Of a DNA stretch of 64,000 nucleotides, positions 37,310 through 51,003 are shown in pieces. The stretch's first letter is position 1, and each line of letters begins with the position of its first letter. This stretch comes from Octopus vulgaris. Its lineage: Eukaryota. Below the pieces are notes generated by a model that was given only the letters and a program-made list of their open reading frames with translations, did not search any database and was not told where the DNA came from. The DNA lies in the NCBI GenBank assembly GCA_951406725.2, contig OX597833.1, forward strand, positions 54,250,001 through 54,314,000, read 5' to 3'. The translations under genes and the position numbers were made by a program.

Positions 37310-37957
37310 GCTTTACTCTTTTTCTTGTTCCAGTCATTTGACTGCAGCCATGCTGGAGCACCGCCTTTAGTCAAGCAAATCGACCCCAGGACTTATTCTT
37401 TGTAAGTCTAGCACTTATTCTATCGGTCTCTTTTGCCGAACCACTAAGTTAAGGGGAACGTAAACACACCAACATCAGTTGTCAAGCGATGTTGGGGGGA
37501 CAAACACAGACACACAAACACACACACACACACACACATATACATATACATTTATACAATGGCGGCGAGCTGGCAGAAACTTTAGCACGCCGGGCGAAAT
37601 GCGTAGCTGTATTTCGTCTGTCGTTACGTTCTGAGTTCAAATTCCGCCGAGGTCGACTTTGCCTTTCATCCTTTCGGGGTCGATAAATTAAGTACCAGTT
37701 ACGCACTGGGGTCGATGTAAACGACTTGATCCCTTTGTCTGTCCGTGTTTGTCCCCTCTATGTTTAGCCCCTTGTGGGCAATAAAGAAATATATACATTT
37801 ATACAATGGGCTTCTTTCAGTTTCTGTCTACCAAATCCACTCACAAGGCTTCAGTCAGCCCGAGGTTTTATTAGAAGACACTTGCCACACAGTGAGATTG
37901 AATCCAGAACCATGTGGTTAGTAAGCAAGCTACTTACCACACAGCCACTCCTGCGCC
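37310..37957 (-). mobile_element. SINE family A hosting a nested SINE-B
   Basis: Family A halves on both sides of the insertion. Confidence 0.88.
37561..37790 (+). mobile_element. Young SINE family B copy with 17-bp TSD
   Basis: ATATACATTTATACAAT at 37544-37560 and 37791-37807; CpGs largely intact. Confidence 0.93.
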
Positions 37958-38240
37958 ATAAATTTATATTTTACAAAATGAAACACAACTAACAGTAAGA
38001 TTGAAAATAATCTTTTTTTTTTATGTATTACCATTTTATTAGTTTATGAAAAGTTTCCCCCCCTTTTTTTTTAATTGCGAAGTCTTTGATCAGATCCCCA
38101 CTATGATACCATGAACTCAATATCTACCTCTGAGCCAAACATGCTTTTCACAGAATACTAGAAGTGAACAACACTGCTTGTATGAGGGTGGTGCTCATTT
38201 ACAACCATCACATGATGTCAAGACACAGGTACATACGAAT

Positions 38241-38276
<36 letters not shown>

Positions 38277-38589
38277 CACACAGCAACATAAACATACACA
38301 ATGTGCTTCTTTCAGTTTCCTTCTACCATATCCACTCACAAGGCTTTGTATAACCCAGGACTATAGTAGACAGCACTTGTCCCAGGTGCTGTGCAGTGGG
38401 TTGAACTTGAAACCACATGGTTGCAAAGCAAGCTTCATTACCACACAACCATATCCACGCCTATCTGTATTCTAGACTTCTTAATTACTGTGCTACTAAC
38501 GAAGTAGTCTAATTCAGAAGACTGTGTTTCGTTCCGATGTCTGTTTATTATTAGTCCATAAATAAATGAAATAACATTATATTGTGCTG

Positions 38590-38893
38590 TTGTGTCTGGG
38601 GAGAGTCATTCTCTTTTAGTACCTTATTATTTAACACACTCACCGGTAAAATTTCCACTTATTTTGTCTTTTTATTTTCCTAAAATTTTCATTGCATCTT
38701 GCAACCTTTTCAATAGTCTTGACTCTGTCCGTTATTTAGGAAAATAAAAAGACGAAATAAGTGGAAATTTTACTGGTGAGTGTGTTAAATAATAAGGTAC
38801 TAAAAGAGAATGACTCTCCCCAGACACAACAGAATATGCTTCAACACACGAACTCATATAAAGAATCTTGCAAACCAAATCCCAAAACGAAAT
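38590..38893. mobile_element. PLE-like fold-back element with ~95-bp inverted arms, 3' tail and 14-bp TSD
   Basis: Arms at ~38588-38684 and ~38735-38832; ATTATATTGTGCTG at 38576-38589 and 38894-38907. Confidence 0.85.
38680..38716 (-). ncRNA. Minimal hammerhead-like motif, U3-A8 variant
   Basis: Minus strand CTA TTGAAAA G GTTGC-AAGAT-GCAAT GAAA AT TT TAG, followed by AATAAA. Confidence 0.5.
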
Positions 38894-38924
38894 ATTATAT
38901 TGTGCTGCTTTAATTGTTATTATT

Positions 38925-39335
38925 ATTTACTCTTTTACTCTTTTACTTGTTTCAGTCATTTAACTGCGGCCATGCTGGAGCACCGCCTTTAGTTGAGCAA
39001 ATCGACCCCGGGACTTATTCTTTGTAAGCCCAGTACTTATTCTATCGGTCTCTTTTGCCGAACCGCTAAGTGACGGGGACGTAAACACACCAGCATCGGT
39101 TGTCAAGCAATGCTAGGGGGACAAACACAGACACACAAACATATACACACACACTTATTTATATATATATACGACAGGCTTCTTTCAGTTTCCGTCTACC
39201 AAATCCACTCACAAGGCATTGGTCGGCCCGGGGCTATAGCAGAAGACACTTGCCCAAGATGCCACGCAGTGGGACTGAACCCAGAACCATGTGGTTGGTT
39301 AGCAAGCTACTTACCACACAGCCACTCCTGCGCCT
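38925..39335 (-). mobile_element. SINE family A, full length
   Basis: Matches family A. Confidence 0.92.
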
Positions 39336-39836
39336 AAATTAATTGTTTATAATTTAAGCTTAGGGCCTGCGATTTTTAAAGAAAACCATCAAGGTCAGTA
39401 CTTGACTGGCCCTTTATATCATTAACCCCCCAAAATTATTAAAGACAAAGCGAACTTTGATGGGTTTTAGTATTTTAAATTCATTTTCTCTTTGTCTGTT
39501 GTTTTATTCTAAGCAGAAGTGTAACCACTCATATCACTGAACAAAGCCGAGCTGCGACTAAATTTACTTTCAAATTTGCTTTCGAAACGTTGCCAAGGGC
39601 TAAAACGAAATGTAAATGGTTAGGAAGCCCTTGTACTGTAGCCTAACATTGCTAATTAATTAATCAATTAACTAATCCTCTGAACGAATATATGTTTTTA
39701 TATTATGAATTATTTGTATTTATTTGACGAACGATTTTCGTCTGAAATGGTGTTATTGAAAGGAAAACAAATGAATTCGTATTGGAATCACAGTAGCCCC
39801 TTTAAATCACACAAACACTTGCAATATATATGTATG

Positions 39837-39921
<85 letters not shown>

Positions 39922-40061
39922 GTATGTATGTACACATTTATGTATATACATGTATATATATATATATACACAAATATGTATATGTTTATATGTGCGTATA
40001 TATATAGATATATATGTACATATATACATATGTATGTATTTATGAATGCATATTTATGTAT

Positions 40062-40092
<31 letters not shown>

Positions 40093-40112
40093 CACAAATA
40101 TGTATGTGTATG

Positions 40113-40143
<31 letters not shown>

Positions 40144-40146
40144 GTA

Positions 40147-40221
<75 letters not shown>

Positions 40222-40228
40222 GTGTGTG

Positions 40229-40259
<31 letters not shown>

Positions 40260-40544
40260 GGTTGTTATGCTCTTTGTTGTTTTTATTTTGTGGCGGACTC
40301 AAAGTGTTTGTGAATATAGTGAACTGAGGTGGTAGTGACCAGATCAAAGACGTGTGGTGAAAGACTTTGGTACTATCAACAGATATAACAAAAGCTGAAT
40401 ATAACTGCATCTGTGTGTGTGTGTTTGTGCGTGTGTGTGTGTGTGTGTGTGTGTTTAGTTTATATGTTTACTCTAACTCAATACAAATGTAATCGTTTCA
40501 ATAGACTTTTTTTGCCTTATTCTGAAATAATTTTGGGTCTGTAA

Positions 40545-41030
40545 TGGAAGAGTGAGAAATGTGGAGAGAAAAGAGAGAGGGAAAAGTGGAGAGCTACGGA
40601 TAGAGGGATAGAGGGAGAGACAGGGAGAGGGAGAGAGAAGGAGAGGGGGAGAATGGGGAGAGAGGAAAGGAAGGAGAGATAGGAAGAGTGGGAGAGTGGG
40701 AGAAAGGGAAAGAAAGAGGGGAAAGAAAGAGGGGAAAGAAAGGAGAGAGAGACGAAGAGTGAAGGGGAGAAAGGAGGAAAGTGAAGGAAGGAGAGGGGAA
40801 GAGAGAAAAGGTGAGAGAGGGGTGGAGTGAGAGGAAAAGAGAGAAAGGGGTAGAGAGTAAGAGGAAAAAAGAGATAGAGTGGTAGAGAGTGAGCGAAAGT
40901 GAGAGAGGGGTAGAGAGTGAGAGGAAAAGAGAGAGAGGTAGAGAGTGAGAGAAAAAGAGAGAGGAGTAGAGAGTGAGAGGGGTAGAGAGTGAGGGAGGGA
41001 GAAGGAGATAGAGAGAAGGAGAGAGAACTT
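40545..41030. repeat. Polypurine (GA-rich) low-complexity tract
   Basis: Directly visible. Confidence 0.95.
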
Positions 41031-41986
41031 GTGAAATTGAGAAGAATACAATGGAAGGATTGCAAATTTGGTTTTAATTTCGTTGGGTCTTATTCAACCG
41101 TAGTTTGATCAAAAACCAACACTGCTGGTTGATATTCTCTCAACCAGCAGCTTTTAAGTATTAGTAAACATCTAGAGTAAACCATTTGAAGCTTTAGAAT
41201 TGCTAACTAGTGCAGGGTGTAACCATTTGCCTATACTGCACCTAGGTGCAACACAGTACTGAATAACTGGTGCTCTATCGGTTACGACGACAAGGGTTCT
41301 AGTTGATCCGATCAATGGAACAGCCTGCTTGTGAAATCAATGTGCAAGTGGCTGAGTACTCCATAGGCATGTGTACCCTTAACGCTTTCAATTTGAACCA
41401 AAATTACAAAGTGTTGCATTGCGAGAGTGATGATGTGTGAATAATGAAAGTAATGCTTCTCCGAAATGGTCATATCTGTACTATAATAAAGAGAGCTGCT
41501 TATATATATATATATAAAGGCTACCAAATAAACTGTGTTTTTGGCACAACAAATCTTTACTATTGAAAATAACCTCAGAAACGAGGTCAGGTTGCACAAT
41601 TTTGAAGTCATTTAGTGGTAATATTTTGATTTGTTTCTAATGTTTTACTTCTGTCCAATGTTTCATGCATGCATAGAATTCTACTCAGACAAACATTTAT
41701 GAAAATGTACACATAAATATACACATAAATGAAATAAGCTACAGCCAAAAGAATTTCATTCAAAGACATCAATTCTTCTATGTTATGAGGAAATAAGTCA
41801 CTCACTCTCTGTCTTACATGCACATGCACATACAGAAAAGATGTATGCACATATATTTATGTATATGTATATGAAAGACAATGGGTGTGTATGTTAGAGA
41901 CAGACAGAGAGAGAGAGCCCACTTATGCATACATGCAAAATATAAATACGTAAGAACACAGACCTTCACTTACTCTCTCTCTCACG

Positions 41987-42028
<42 letters not shown>

Positions 42029-42279
42029 TCCATTTCATATACACATACATACATCATTCACTTTCTTCTCTCTTTCTCTTTCTGCTCTCACTTTGAAGCA
42101 AATGTCACCTTTTCACTTTCTCTTCTCTTTCAATTTCTGCTCTCTTCAAAGCATGGAGAAATGAAAAAATGTTTACTGAAGTTGACGAATAATCATGTGA
42201 TCCCATGTGATCGACCATGTGATCAAGTTGACAACTTTGCAGCTTCAAAGGAAAGAATGTCATAAAATAACTTCCTTTG

Positions 42280-42330
<51 letters not shown>

Positions 42331-42637
42331 TACACACACTCTAGGTAAAACTTCTGTATGAATTATGTTATTTCTTGCTATGTGCATGTACAAAATTACA
42401 GCTCAATTGAAATAACCTTTTTTTATTCTGTTGTTTGTGTTTGTGATGAGCATATTAAAAAAACCTTATCTTCAATGTAAACTTAAAAGGAAGTTTTCCC
42501 AGAAATCCTGGCCTTTGCTTGTCATTTCTAGCATTTCTGAGGTGACATTTGTGTCGTCTTCCATCCTTATGTTTTTCCTAAATTTCTTTTGATTCTAATG
42601 TTTTTGGTCCAGGAGATTAGGATTTTGCCAACAAACA

Positions 42638-42670
<33 letters not shown>

Positions 42671-43377
42671 TTAGCGTCCGCTTTCCATGCTAGCATGGGA
42701 TGGACGGTCCAACTGGGGTCTGGGAAGCCAGAAGGCTGTACCAGGCCCAGTCTGATCTGGCAATATTTCTATGGCTGGATGCCCTTCCTGACACGCCAAC
42801 CACTCCGTGAGTGTAGTGGGTGCTTTTTATGTGCCACCAGCACAGGTGCCAGACGGGGTTGGCAAACAGCACGGGGGCCAGGCGAGGCTGGCAACGGCCA
42901 CAATCGGATGGTGCTTTTACGTGCCACATTCTCAATATTTTCACACCAATTTCTTCAAATTTTTAAAGCTTTTTTTCCAAATTTCTTTCTTGGTAAACCA
43001 CAGAGAAAAAATAGAGAGTACAAATCTTTAAGAATTTTCTTCATTTTTTTCTTAAAGAAACACTAAAATCTCCTTCCCAAACAACCACACATCACCTCAC
43101 CACTTTCAAAAAGCTGCTAACACCCAATGTTTCTCTTTAAGCTTTTTGGAAAACGGAAGTTTCTTCAGAAATAATGTTGTTTACCTGTTGTTTCTAGCAT
43201 GTCAAGTTTTCTGGTGGTAGTCTGGAATTTTATACATCTTCTATTCTAGTACAATTTTATGCATGTATGAATCATCAGACAAAAGTGAAATATTCGGAGA
43301 TTTTAGCTTTTTGAAAGTGGGCAGGTAATGGGGGGAGTGTTTCTTTAAGAAAAATTAAACTTCAGGAAAAATATATA

Positions 43378-43636
43378 TTGGGTTGTCCGGAAAGTTTGTG
43401 CCAATTTATAGTAGCTTATATTTCGACTTATTTTAGAACATGGTTGAGTCCATAAAATAGGATTTGATAACACAGGCACAGGAGTGGCTGTGTGGTAAGT
43501 AGCTTGCTTACCAACCACACGGTTCTGGGTTCAGTCCCACTGCGTGGCACCTTGGGCAAGTGGCTTCTACTATAGCCTCGGGCTGACCAAAGTCTTGTGA
43601 GTGGATTTGGTAGAGGGAAACTGGAAGAAGCCCGTC

Positions 43637-43676
<40 letters not shown>

Positions 43677-44171
43677 GTTTGTGTGTCTGTGTTTGTCCCC
43701 CCAACATTGCTTGACAACCGATAGAATAGTACTAGGCTTACAAAAAATAAGTCCTAGGGTCGATTTACTCGACCAGAAGGTGGTGCTCCAGCATGGCCGC
43801 AGTCAAATGACTGAAACAAGTAAAAGAGGGAATAAAAGAGAGAACACCTCCATTTAGAGCACAGTTTAAGCAATCTTTTCGTGGAAGAAGATTTATGTTC
43901 CTATAACCTGTGTTAATTCTGTAACCTTTTAAAATGAAAGATAAGAAAGTTCATTTTCGGCACTTGATGCTTTGGGAACCAGACAAAGATTGCTGCAGCT
44001 TGACTGGGATGTGTTACTCCACCCTCCATATTCATCAGATATTGCTCCTTCAGATTTCTACTTATTCAAGTCTCTGCAGAATAGTCTTAATGGTAAAAGT
44101 TTCAATTCCTTGGATGATGTAAAAAGATACCTTGATGAATTGTTTGCCATGAAACCACCTCAATTCTGGGA

Positions 44172-44175
<4 letters not shown>
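43378..44175 (+). mobile_element. Internally deleted mariner with SINE-A insertion (43476-43843)
   Basis: TA-TTGGGTTGTCCGGAAAG TIR. MKDKKVHFRHLMLWE is joined at ~43978 to TRQRLLQLDWDVLLHPPYSSDIAPSDFYLFKSLQNSLNGK. AACAC is duplicated around the SINE. Confidence 0.88.
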
Positions 44176-44230
<55 letters not shown>

Positions 44231-44996
44231 ATCAGACTGGAGTCTGGTGCAGCCTTCCAGCATGCCAGCCCAGTCAAACCGTCCAACCCATGCCAGCATG
44301 GACAACGGATGATGATGATGATGGTTATGATGATAATAATTGCATATTATATAATATCAAAATTAAAATTGATATCAAGTAAGCAATAGCAAGTTGAGAG
44401 GGTAATTAAACATAATCTCCTACATAAATTAACCTTATTCTAAGGATTACAGAACAATTTGGGAATAAAATTAACGCTATCCTTAAATTTGAATAAATTT
44501 AATTTAATTATAAAATTAGCAAATTAAATAATCAACTTACAGCTCATTACTACCAATATTAACGATAATAATAGGAGTAGCAGAAGCATCAATATTAAGG
44601 AGTGGGATGATAATAATAGCGAAAAACATACTTTCGGTAACTTGATACTAAGCATTAATACTACCGCTCACCATTTAAGGGTGGTCTTTGTCTGCAGACT
44701 GCTAAAATTCCTTGGACAGTTAGTCAATTTGAAATGATCAGATTCTAGGCTACACGTTGAAACAAATCAGGGTTTAGGCTATTTTTGGAACAGCGACAGC
44801 ATGTGTTAGTAAGCCTTGGGGATTGGTAATTGGTGGTCCTGCAGAGTAGTAGTTTGTACTAAGGTGGTATATCTGGGTTGTTGGCAGTCATAAATTTGCT
44901 AGAAGGGCATGTCTCTGGTGACAGAAATAAGATAAATTGGATTTCATCGGGCTTGAAACTCAGAGTACCAACGAATTTGAATCAAACTGTTTTGAT

Positions 44997-45029
<33 letters not shown>

Positions 45030-46054
45030 CACCGGAGTTGCTGTGTGGTAAGTAGCTTGCTTACCGACCACATGGCTCTGGGTTCAGTTCCACTGCTTGG
45101 CAACTTAGGCAAGGGTCATCTACTATAGCTTGAGCTGATGAAAAAATTGTGAGTGGATATGGTTGATGGAAACTGAAAGAAGCCCATTGTATATATATTA
45201 TTTATTATTTATTATTTAATCGAAAGTGACGCATCCATTTCCAAGTAAGTTTACCTTCATCTTTTTGATACAACTCTCTACTCTGTATTGTTTTCTTCCT
45301 CCTACCTTCTCTAAATTCCCTTTTCCCCCTCCTTCCCTTACCATTCTCTATCTGTCGCTGTGTCTCTCTCCCCTCTTTCTCTCTCTCTCTCTCGTTGCTC
45401 ACATGAGACCATTGTCCATCTTTCTTTTCATGCACAGATGTTCAAAAGAACGGATGTGTTTTTTCTCTCACTCTTCTATCTTACCTCTTTTCAAAAAATG
45501 TTTCTCCCAGCATGCATTATTTTCCTCATGCATATATGGGCACAGGACATCACCAACGGTGCAAATAACATGAAATATGTAAACAATAAGGAAAAAAAAT
45601 GAAAAACAGGACAAGTAATCGCAGAGAAATGACACTTCATCAGTTGTCAGCTGTCTATCTACTCCTCATATCGACCATTCAACAACAATATGAGTCTTCA
45701 TAGACAGTTGGTACCATAAATTCTTAAATAAAATTTAGGGTTTATGGAGGGTCAAATTTGGGAGCAAAAACATGATTGTGGAGACATACAAAGAAATTGA
45801 ACGGAAACAAACTGGGGTCAATGTACTCAACTAGCCTGCTTCCCTGAAGATTTCAGGCATTGAGCCTTTAGTAGGAAAGATCATTGTTAAAGTGGCAAAC
45901 TGACAGAAATGCTAGTGCATTGAATAAAAATCTTAGCGGCACTTAAGTCATTCAGGGTCAATAAAATAAGTACCAGTTGAGCACAGGGGTCAATATAATC
46001 AACTAGTCCCCTCCCCCAAAATTTCAGGTCTTGTGCTTGTGTAGTAGAAAGGAT

Positions 46055-46349
46055 TATTATTTTTTCTTCTTCTTCTTCTTCTTCTTCTTCTTCTTCTTCT
46101 TCTTCTTCTACTTCTTCTTCTTCTTCTTCTTCTTCTTTTTCTTCTACTTCTTCTTCTTTGTCTTCTTCTCCTCCTCCTCCTCCTCTTCCTTCTTCTTCTT
46201 CTTCGTCTTCTTCTTCTTCTCCTCCTCTTCCTTCTTCTTCTTCTTCTTCTTCTTCTTCTTCCTCCTCCTCCTCCTCCTCCTCCCTCCTTCTTCTTCTTCT
46301 TCTTCTTCTTCTCCTTCTTCTTTGTCTTTTTCTTCTTCTTCGTCTTCTT

Positions 46350-46380
<31 letters not shown>

Positions 46381-46420
46381 TTATTATTATTATCATTGTC
46401 ATCATCATCATCATCATTAT
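46055..46420. repeat. Compound (CTT)n/(CCT)n/(TTA)n/(CAT)n microsatellite
   Basis: Directly visible. Confidence 0.95.
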
Positions 46421-46599
46421 GTGATTCTGATTATGTTTTAAGGATAGAAATATATTTTAAACGCTGCGGTCAACTTTGCCTTTCATCCTTTCATCCTTTC
46501 AGCTGGACACTGGGGTCGATTTAATCCAACCTATCACCTCCCTCAAAATTGCTGGCCTTGTGCCAAAATTTGAAACCAATGCATGCCTGTGTATTCCAA

Positions 46600-47970
46600 G
46601 CAACTTTTTGTTCCTTTTCCATTTACTTTACTCTCTCTCTCTCTCTCTCTTCTCTGAGACATGCCATCTCTTACATCTCCCATCTTTCTTCTTCCTTATC
46701 CCTTCTCTTTTCTTCTTTCTCACCCTCTTAACTCTGCCTCTCCCTCTCTTTACTCTCCTTTCTCTTCTTATTACTCTTCTATCTCCTCCATTTTACTCCT
46801 CCTCCTCTCTTTACTCCTCTTCATCCTTTTATTCACCACTCTCCTCTCCCTCTTTACTCTCCCTTCTCTTCTTATTACTCTTCTATCTCCTCCTGTTTAC
46901 TCCTCCTCCTCTCTTTACCCCTCTTCCTCCTTTTATTCACCACTCTCCTCTCTCTCTCTCTGTACTCTGCCTTCGTCTATTTCTCCCCTCCTCCTTTTCT
47001 ATTTATTATTCATTCTCTCCTCTTTACTCCTCTGCCTCCTCCTCTATTTTCTTTGCCCTCCACTTACTCTCTCTCCTACTCTTACAGTCCAGTATCCTGT
47101 CACTCTCTTACTTTCTCTTATTTTTATTTCCCCTTCTCTTCATCATTATTTACACACATACACACGCACACACACACAAGCACATCTACATATGCAAGAA
47201 CACATACACATACATGCATACACACACACACATACACACACATATACACACACAACATTCACAAACACATGAACATATGCTAACACACATGCACTTCTTT
47301 ATATGCACACATTCAGATGTCCAAGATACATTCACAGACACAAGAACACACACATACACACACACAAATGCATCTACATATGCAAGAACACTACACATAC
47401 ACATACACACGCACACACACACACAAATGCATCTACATATCTACATATGCAAGAACACTATACATACATGCATACACACACACACACACACACATTCACA
47501 AACACATGAACATATGCTAACACACATGCACTTGTTCATATGCACGCATTCATATGTCCAAGATACATTCACAGACACAAGAACACACACATACACACAC
47601 ACAAATGCATCTACATACACAAGAACACAACGCATACACATACACACGCACACACACACACAAATGCATCTACATATGCAAGAACACTAGACATACATGC
47701 ATACACACACACACACACACACAAACGCATCTACATATGCAAGAACACTACACATACATGCATACACACACACACAAACACACACAACCGCATCTACATA
47801 CACAAGAACACTACGCATACATGCATACATACACACACATACATACACACACATTCACAAACACATGAACATATGCTAACACACATGCACTCGTTCATAT
47901 GCACACATTCAGATGTCCAAGATACATTCACACACGCAAGAACACACACACACACACACACATACACACT
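46600..47970. repeat. Polypyrimidine tract (46600-47135) followed by a CA-rich higher-order repeat (47150-47970)
   Basis: ACATTCACAAACACATGAACATATGCTAACACACATGCAC occurs three times; GCATCTACATA..CAAGAACAC occurs many times. Confidence 0.9.
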
Positions 47971-48429
47971 TGCTCAGTGACTCACTATATCTCCTCTCAC
48001 CTCTCTCTCTCTCTCTCTCCTCACCACCCTCTTTCAGACATGCTTATCCCTCTCCACAACCATTCGAGGCACACATACACCTACGTCTACCTCGGCATTA
48101 TTGAACCTCCACTCCTGACATCCCTCTCTCCCCACCACCTTTTACTCTTTGCTCTTGTAAAACAGAACCCCTACCACCACCATCCCCATTCCCCCCCACA
48201 CACACATATACACATTCAGTCATTCGCACTCCTCCTCCCTCCACAGAACTTCTACTAACACCATGCCTCAATTGCCCCACCCTGACCCTCTCACCTTGTC
48301 GACTGTCATCACAAGTGTTATAATTGCCACCAAAATTTCTGGATTCCAAAGAGTTATTCCATGTTGGACATTTTTCTCAGACAGAAAACATGGCGGGGAT
48401 TTTGTTAACAACAGCGATGCTAATTGCTA

Positions 48430-49170
48430 TACAGCAGCAGCAACAGCAACAACAATAGCAACGTTAGCAATGTCAGTTACAACAACAACACTAATGTTAA
48501 TTACAAAAATAACAGTAACAGCAGCAGTGGTGTTCATTGCAATTCTAATAGCAACAACAATAATAATAATGTTAAGTTTCAGCAATAGCAACAACAACAG
48601 CAACAACCACAGTGCTAATTGCAACTATAATGACAACAACAACAACAACAACAGCCACCATGTTATTTATTGCAGCAATTGCAACAAACAGTGCTGTTTA
48701 ATTATAGCAACAATGTTAATAGCAATGTCATTTAGAAGATCATTTGCAACGGCTACAGTAAAGTCAACTGTAACGACAATAGCAACAACAGCAAAAGCAA
48801 GAAAAATAACTGCAATATCAACTTCAGTTGCATTAGCAACAACAACAATAACAAGAAACAACAGCAGCAGCAATGTTGAGTGCAAGAACATTAGCAACTA
48901 CACCAGTTATTTCAATAACAATGGCAATAGCAACAACAATGACAATAGCAACAGATGCAGTAGCAATTTCAATTACATTAGCAACAACAATAGCAGCAAT
49001 GTTGAGTGCAAGAGCATTAGCAACTACACCAGTTATTTCAACAACAATGACAATAGAAACAACTGCAATATTAACAACTGTGCCAATTAGCAACAACAAT
49101 GGCAATAGCAATTTCAATTACATTAGCAACAACAATAACAATAGCAACTACTGCAACATGATTAGTAACA
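48430..49170. repeat. (AAC)/(AGC)/(AAT)-rich low-complexity tract with an internal ~126-bp duplication
   Basis: AGCAGCAATGTTGAGTGCAAGA.CATTAGCAACTACACCAGTTATTTCAA at ~48866 and ~48992. Confidence 0.85.
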
Positions 49171-49180
49171 ACACACACAC

Positions 49181-49220
<40 letters not shown>

Positions 49221-50079
49221 CATATATATATATGTATGTATATGACGACTTCTTTCAGTTTCCATCTACCAAAGCCACTAGCAAGGCTTCGGTTGGCCCA
49301 AGGCTATAGTAGAGGACACTTGCCTGAGGTGCCACACAGTGGAACTGAACCCAAAACCATGTGGTCGGGAAGCAAAACTTCTTCCCACACAGCCATACCT
49401 GTACCTTACAATAAAAATTAACTTAGTGGTTCAGCAAAAAAGACTGATAAAATAAGCATCAGGATTTTTTAAAAATTAACAAAAAATAAAACAAAAGCCC
49501 ATTGTGCGAGCTTCTGTATAATCATCCCTCTTTCTCAACAAAAAGCACCGAACCTTCCCTCAACAAATCCTTATACATCGCTCTTCAGATGAAGATGCCA
49601 TGTTTTCTGCTCTTTAACCAGATGAAGAAAAAAACAGGAAGAATCTAATGTCCATTCTCAGGAAAAATAAAGGCATATATAATTTACCAAAAAGATTGTC
49701 AAAACTCACTGCTAAATCATTAATATGAATGTTTGGTGACAATTATACTTATAAATAGCATTTATCTCGTTTTTAGTAATTATCTGTAGACATGTACGAT
49801 GTTATTGGCTTTGTGACAAGCCATTAATAACAATGGCTGTATATCATGTCACGGACGTAATTGAATTAGTGTAACGTTATTTATTGTAGGTTTCGTTTTG
49901 TGCAGTTTTGTTTTATTTTGTTTTGTTTTGTTTAGTTCACATCTGCATAATCTTGATGAGGTAGGAGAGTCATGGTGGGAGGGGGTGGGGTTCTTGTGTG
50001 TGCGTGTGTGTGTGTGATATTGTCTTTGTGCACTCACATCATTGGGATTACAAAGACTACGCATTCATGCACCCACCAC

Positions 50080-50205
50080 TCAGTCACGTCACATCACATC
50101 AGGTCGCGTGACGTCACATTGCCGTGTGAGGCAAAAACAGGTCAGGTCATTCAGATCATTCAGATACCTACTGCTATACGTCAGATCACGTGACCCGCCG
50201 TGAAT
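50080..50205. promoter_or_regulatory. Candidate enhancer/promoter motif cluster
   Basis: GTCACGTCAC 50083-50092, perfect CRE palindrome GTGACGTCAC 50108-50117, AGGTCAGGTCA, TACGTCA, and TCACGTGAC 50186-50194 in CpG-rich unique DNA. Confidence 0.45.
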
Positions 50206-50604
50206 CATGCTTGTTTGATATTCACTTCAGCCTCTTGGGATAGAATAGATGAATGAACAAATGAATTAATGGATGGATATATGAATGAATCTTGAGTTGG
50301 TTTCTATGAATGGAAGTTTTATGAATGAGTTATTCAATTAATAAAACTATCTATCTACTCATTGCAATCACATTATAACTGGCTGAGTATTTCAGAGACA
50401 GTTGTACCCTTAATGTGTAATCCACAGGCAGACTCAGAACAGCCTTTTGAAGAGCAGATACAGTTCCTTTAACAAGCTTCCTTATACTATATTTATACTA
50501 TACTATCCTTTAACAAGCTTCTTTATAATATATTTGATAACAAAAAATCCACAGTACATTAGATGCACCCCAATTTCAGCAATGCATGTACCAGAAAAAA
50601 TGTT

Positions 50605-51003
50605 TTAAGTGCTTTTAGCATTTAACCCTTTCGTTACCAGCCTGGTTGAAACTGGCTCTGGTTCTGAGTACAAATGTCTTGTTTTCAAAAGTTTTGAACT
50701 AAAATCTTCCATCAAACCTTAGTCCCAATTTATGTTCCTAACACTAGCCAAATGATAACTAAGTTATTTTACTAAATTCTTTGTCATATTTAAAGTAATT
50801 GAAAGAAGCACAGAGCATCTCAAAATAAATACAGTAATAAAAGGGTTAAACCAAACATATCAGGTCTAAGCATTTTATGTTTTATATTTAGACTGGCCAG
50901 ATCCAACCTCTCACACCTACCCTGTAATGTCATTCTAAAATGAATAATCACATCTTGAATAAGCATCATATTTGAGAGAGTAATCTGAATGCTAAAAGGT
51001 TAA
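50605..51003. mobile_element. Nested piggyBac-type MITEs (inner 50626-50845 in a TTAA of an older MITE)
   Basis: Inner: TTAA-CCCTTTCGTTAC...GTAATAAAAGGG-TTAA. Outer: ..TTTTAGCATTTAA and GAATGCTAAAAGG-TTAA, matching the 15482 family. Confidence 0.8.

Noticed and set aside
39530-39600. Hammerhead-like CTGAACA..GAAACGTT
   Set aside because: C3/C8 mismatch and no stem I pairing.
45540-45800. Minus-strand CTGATGAAG in a probable repeat
   Set aside because: No downstream stem II or GAAA found.
46476-47690. 404-aa ORF
   Set aside because: Runs through a SINE fragment and CT/CA low-complexity DNA; no domain features.
48263-49090. 275-aa Asn/Thr-rich ORF
   Set aside because: AAC/AGC microsatellite-derived, open in several frames and on both strands.
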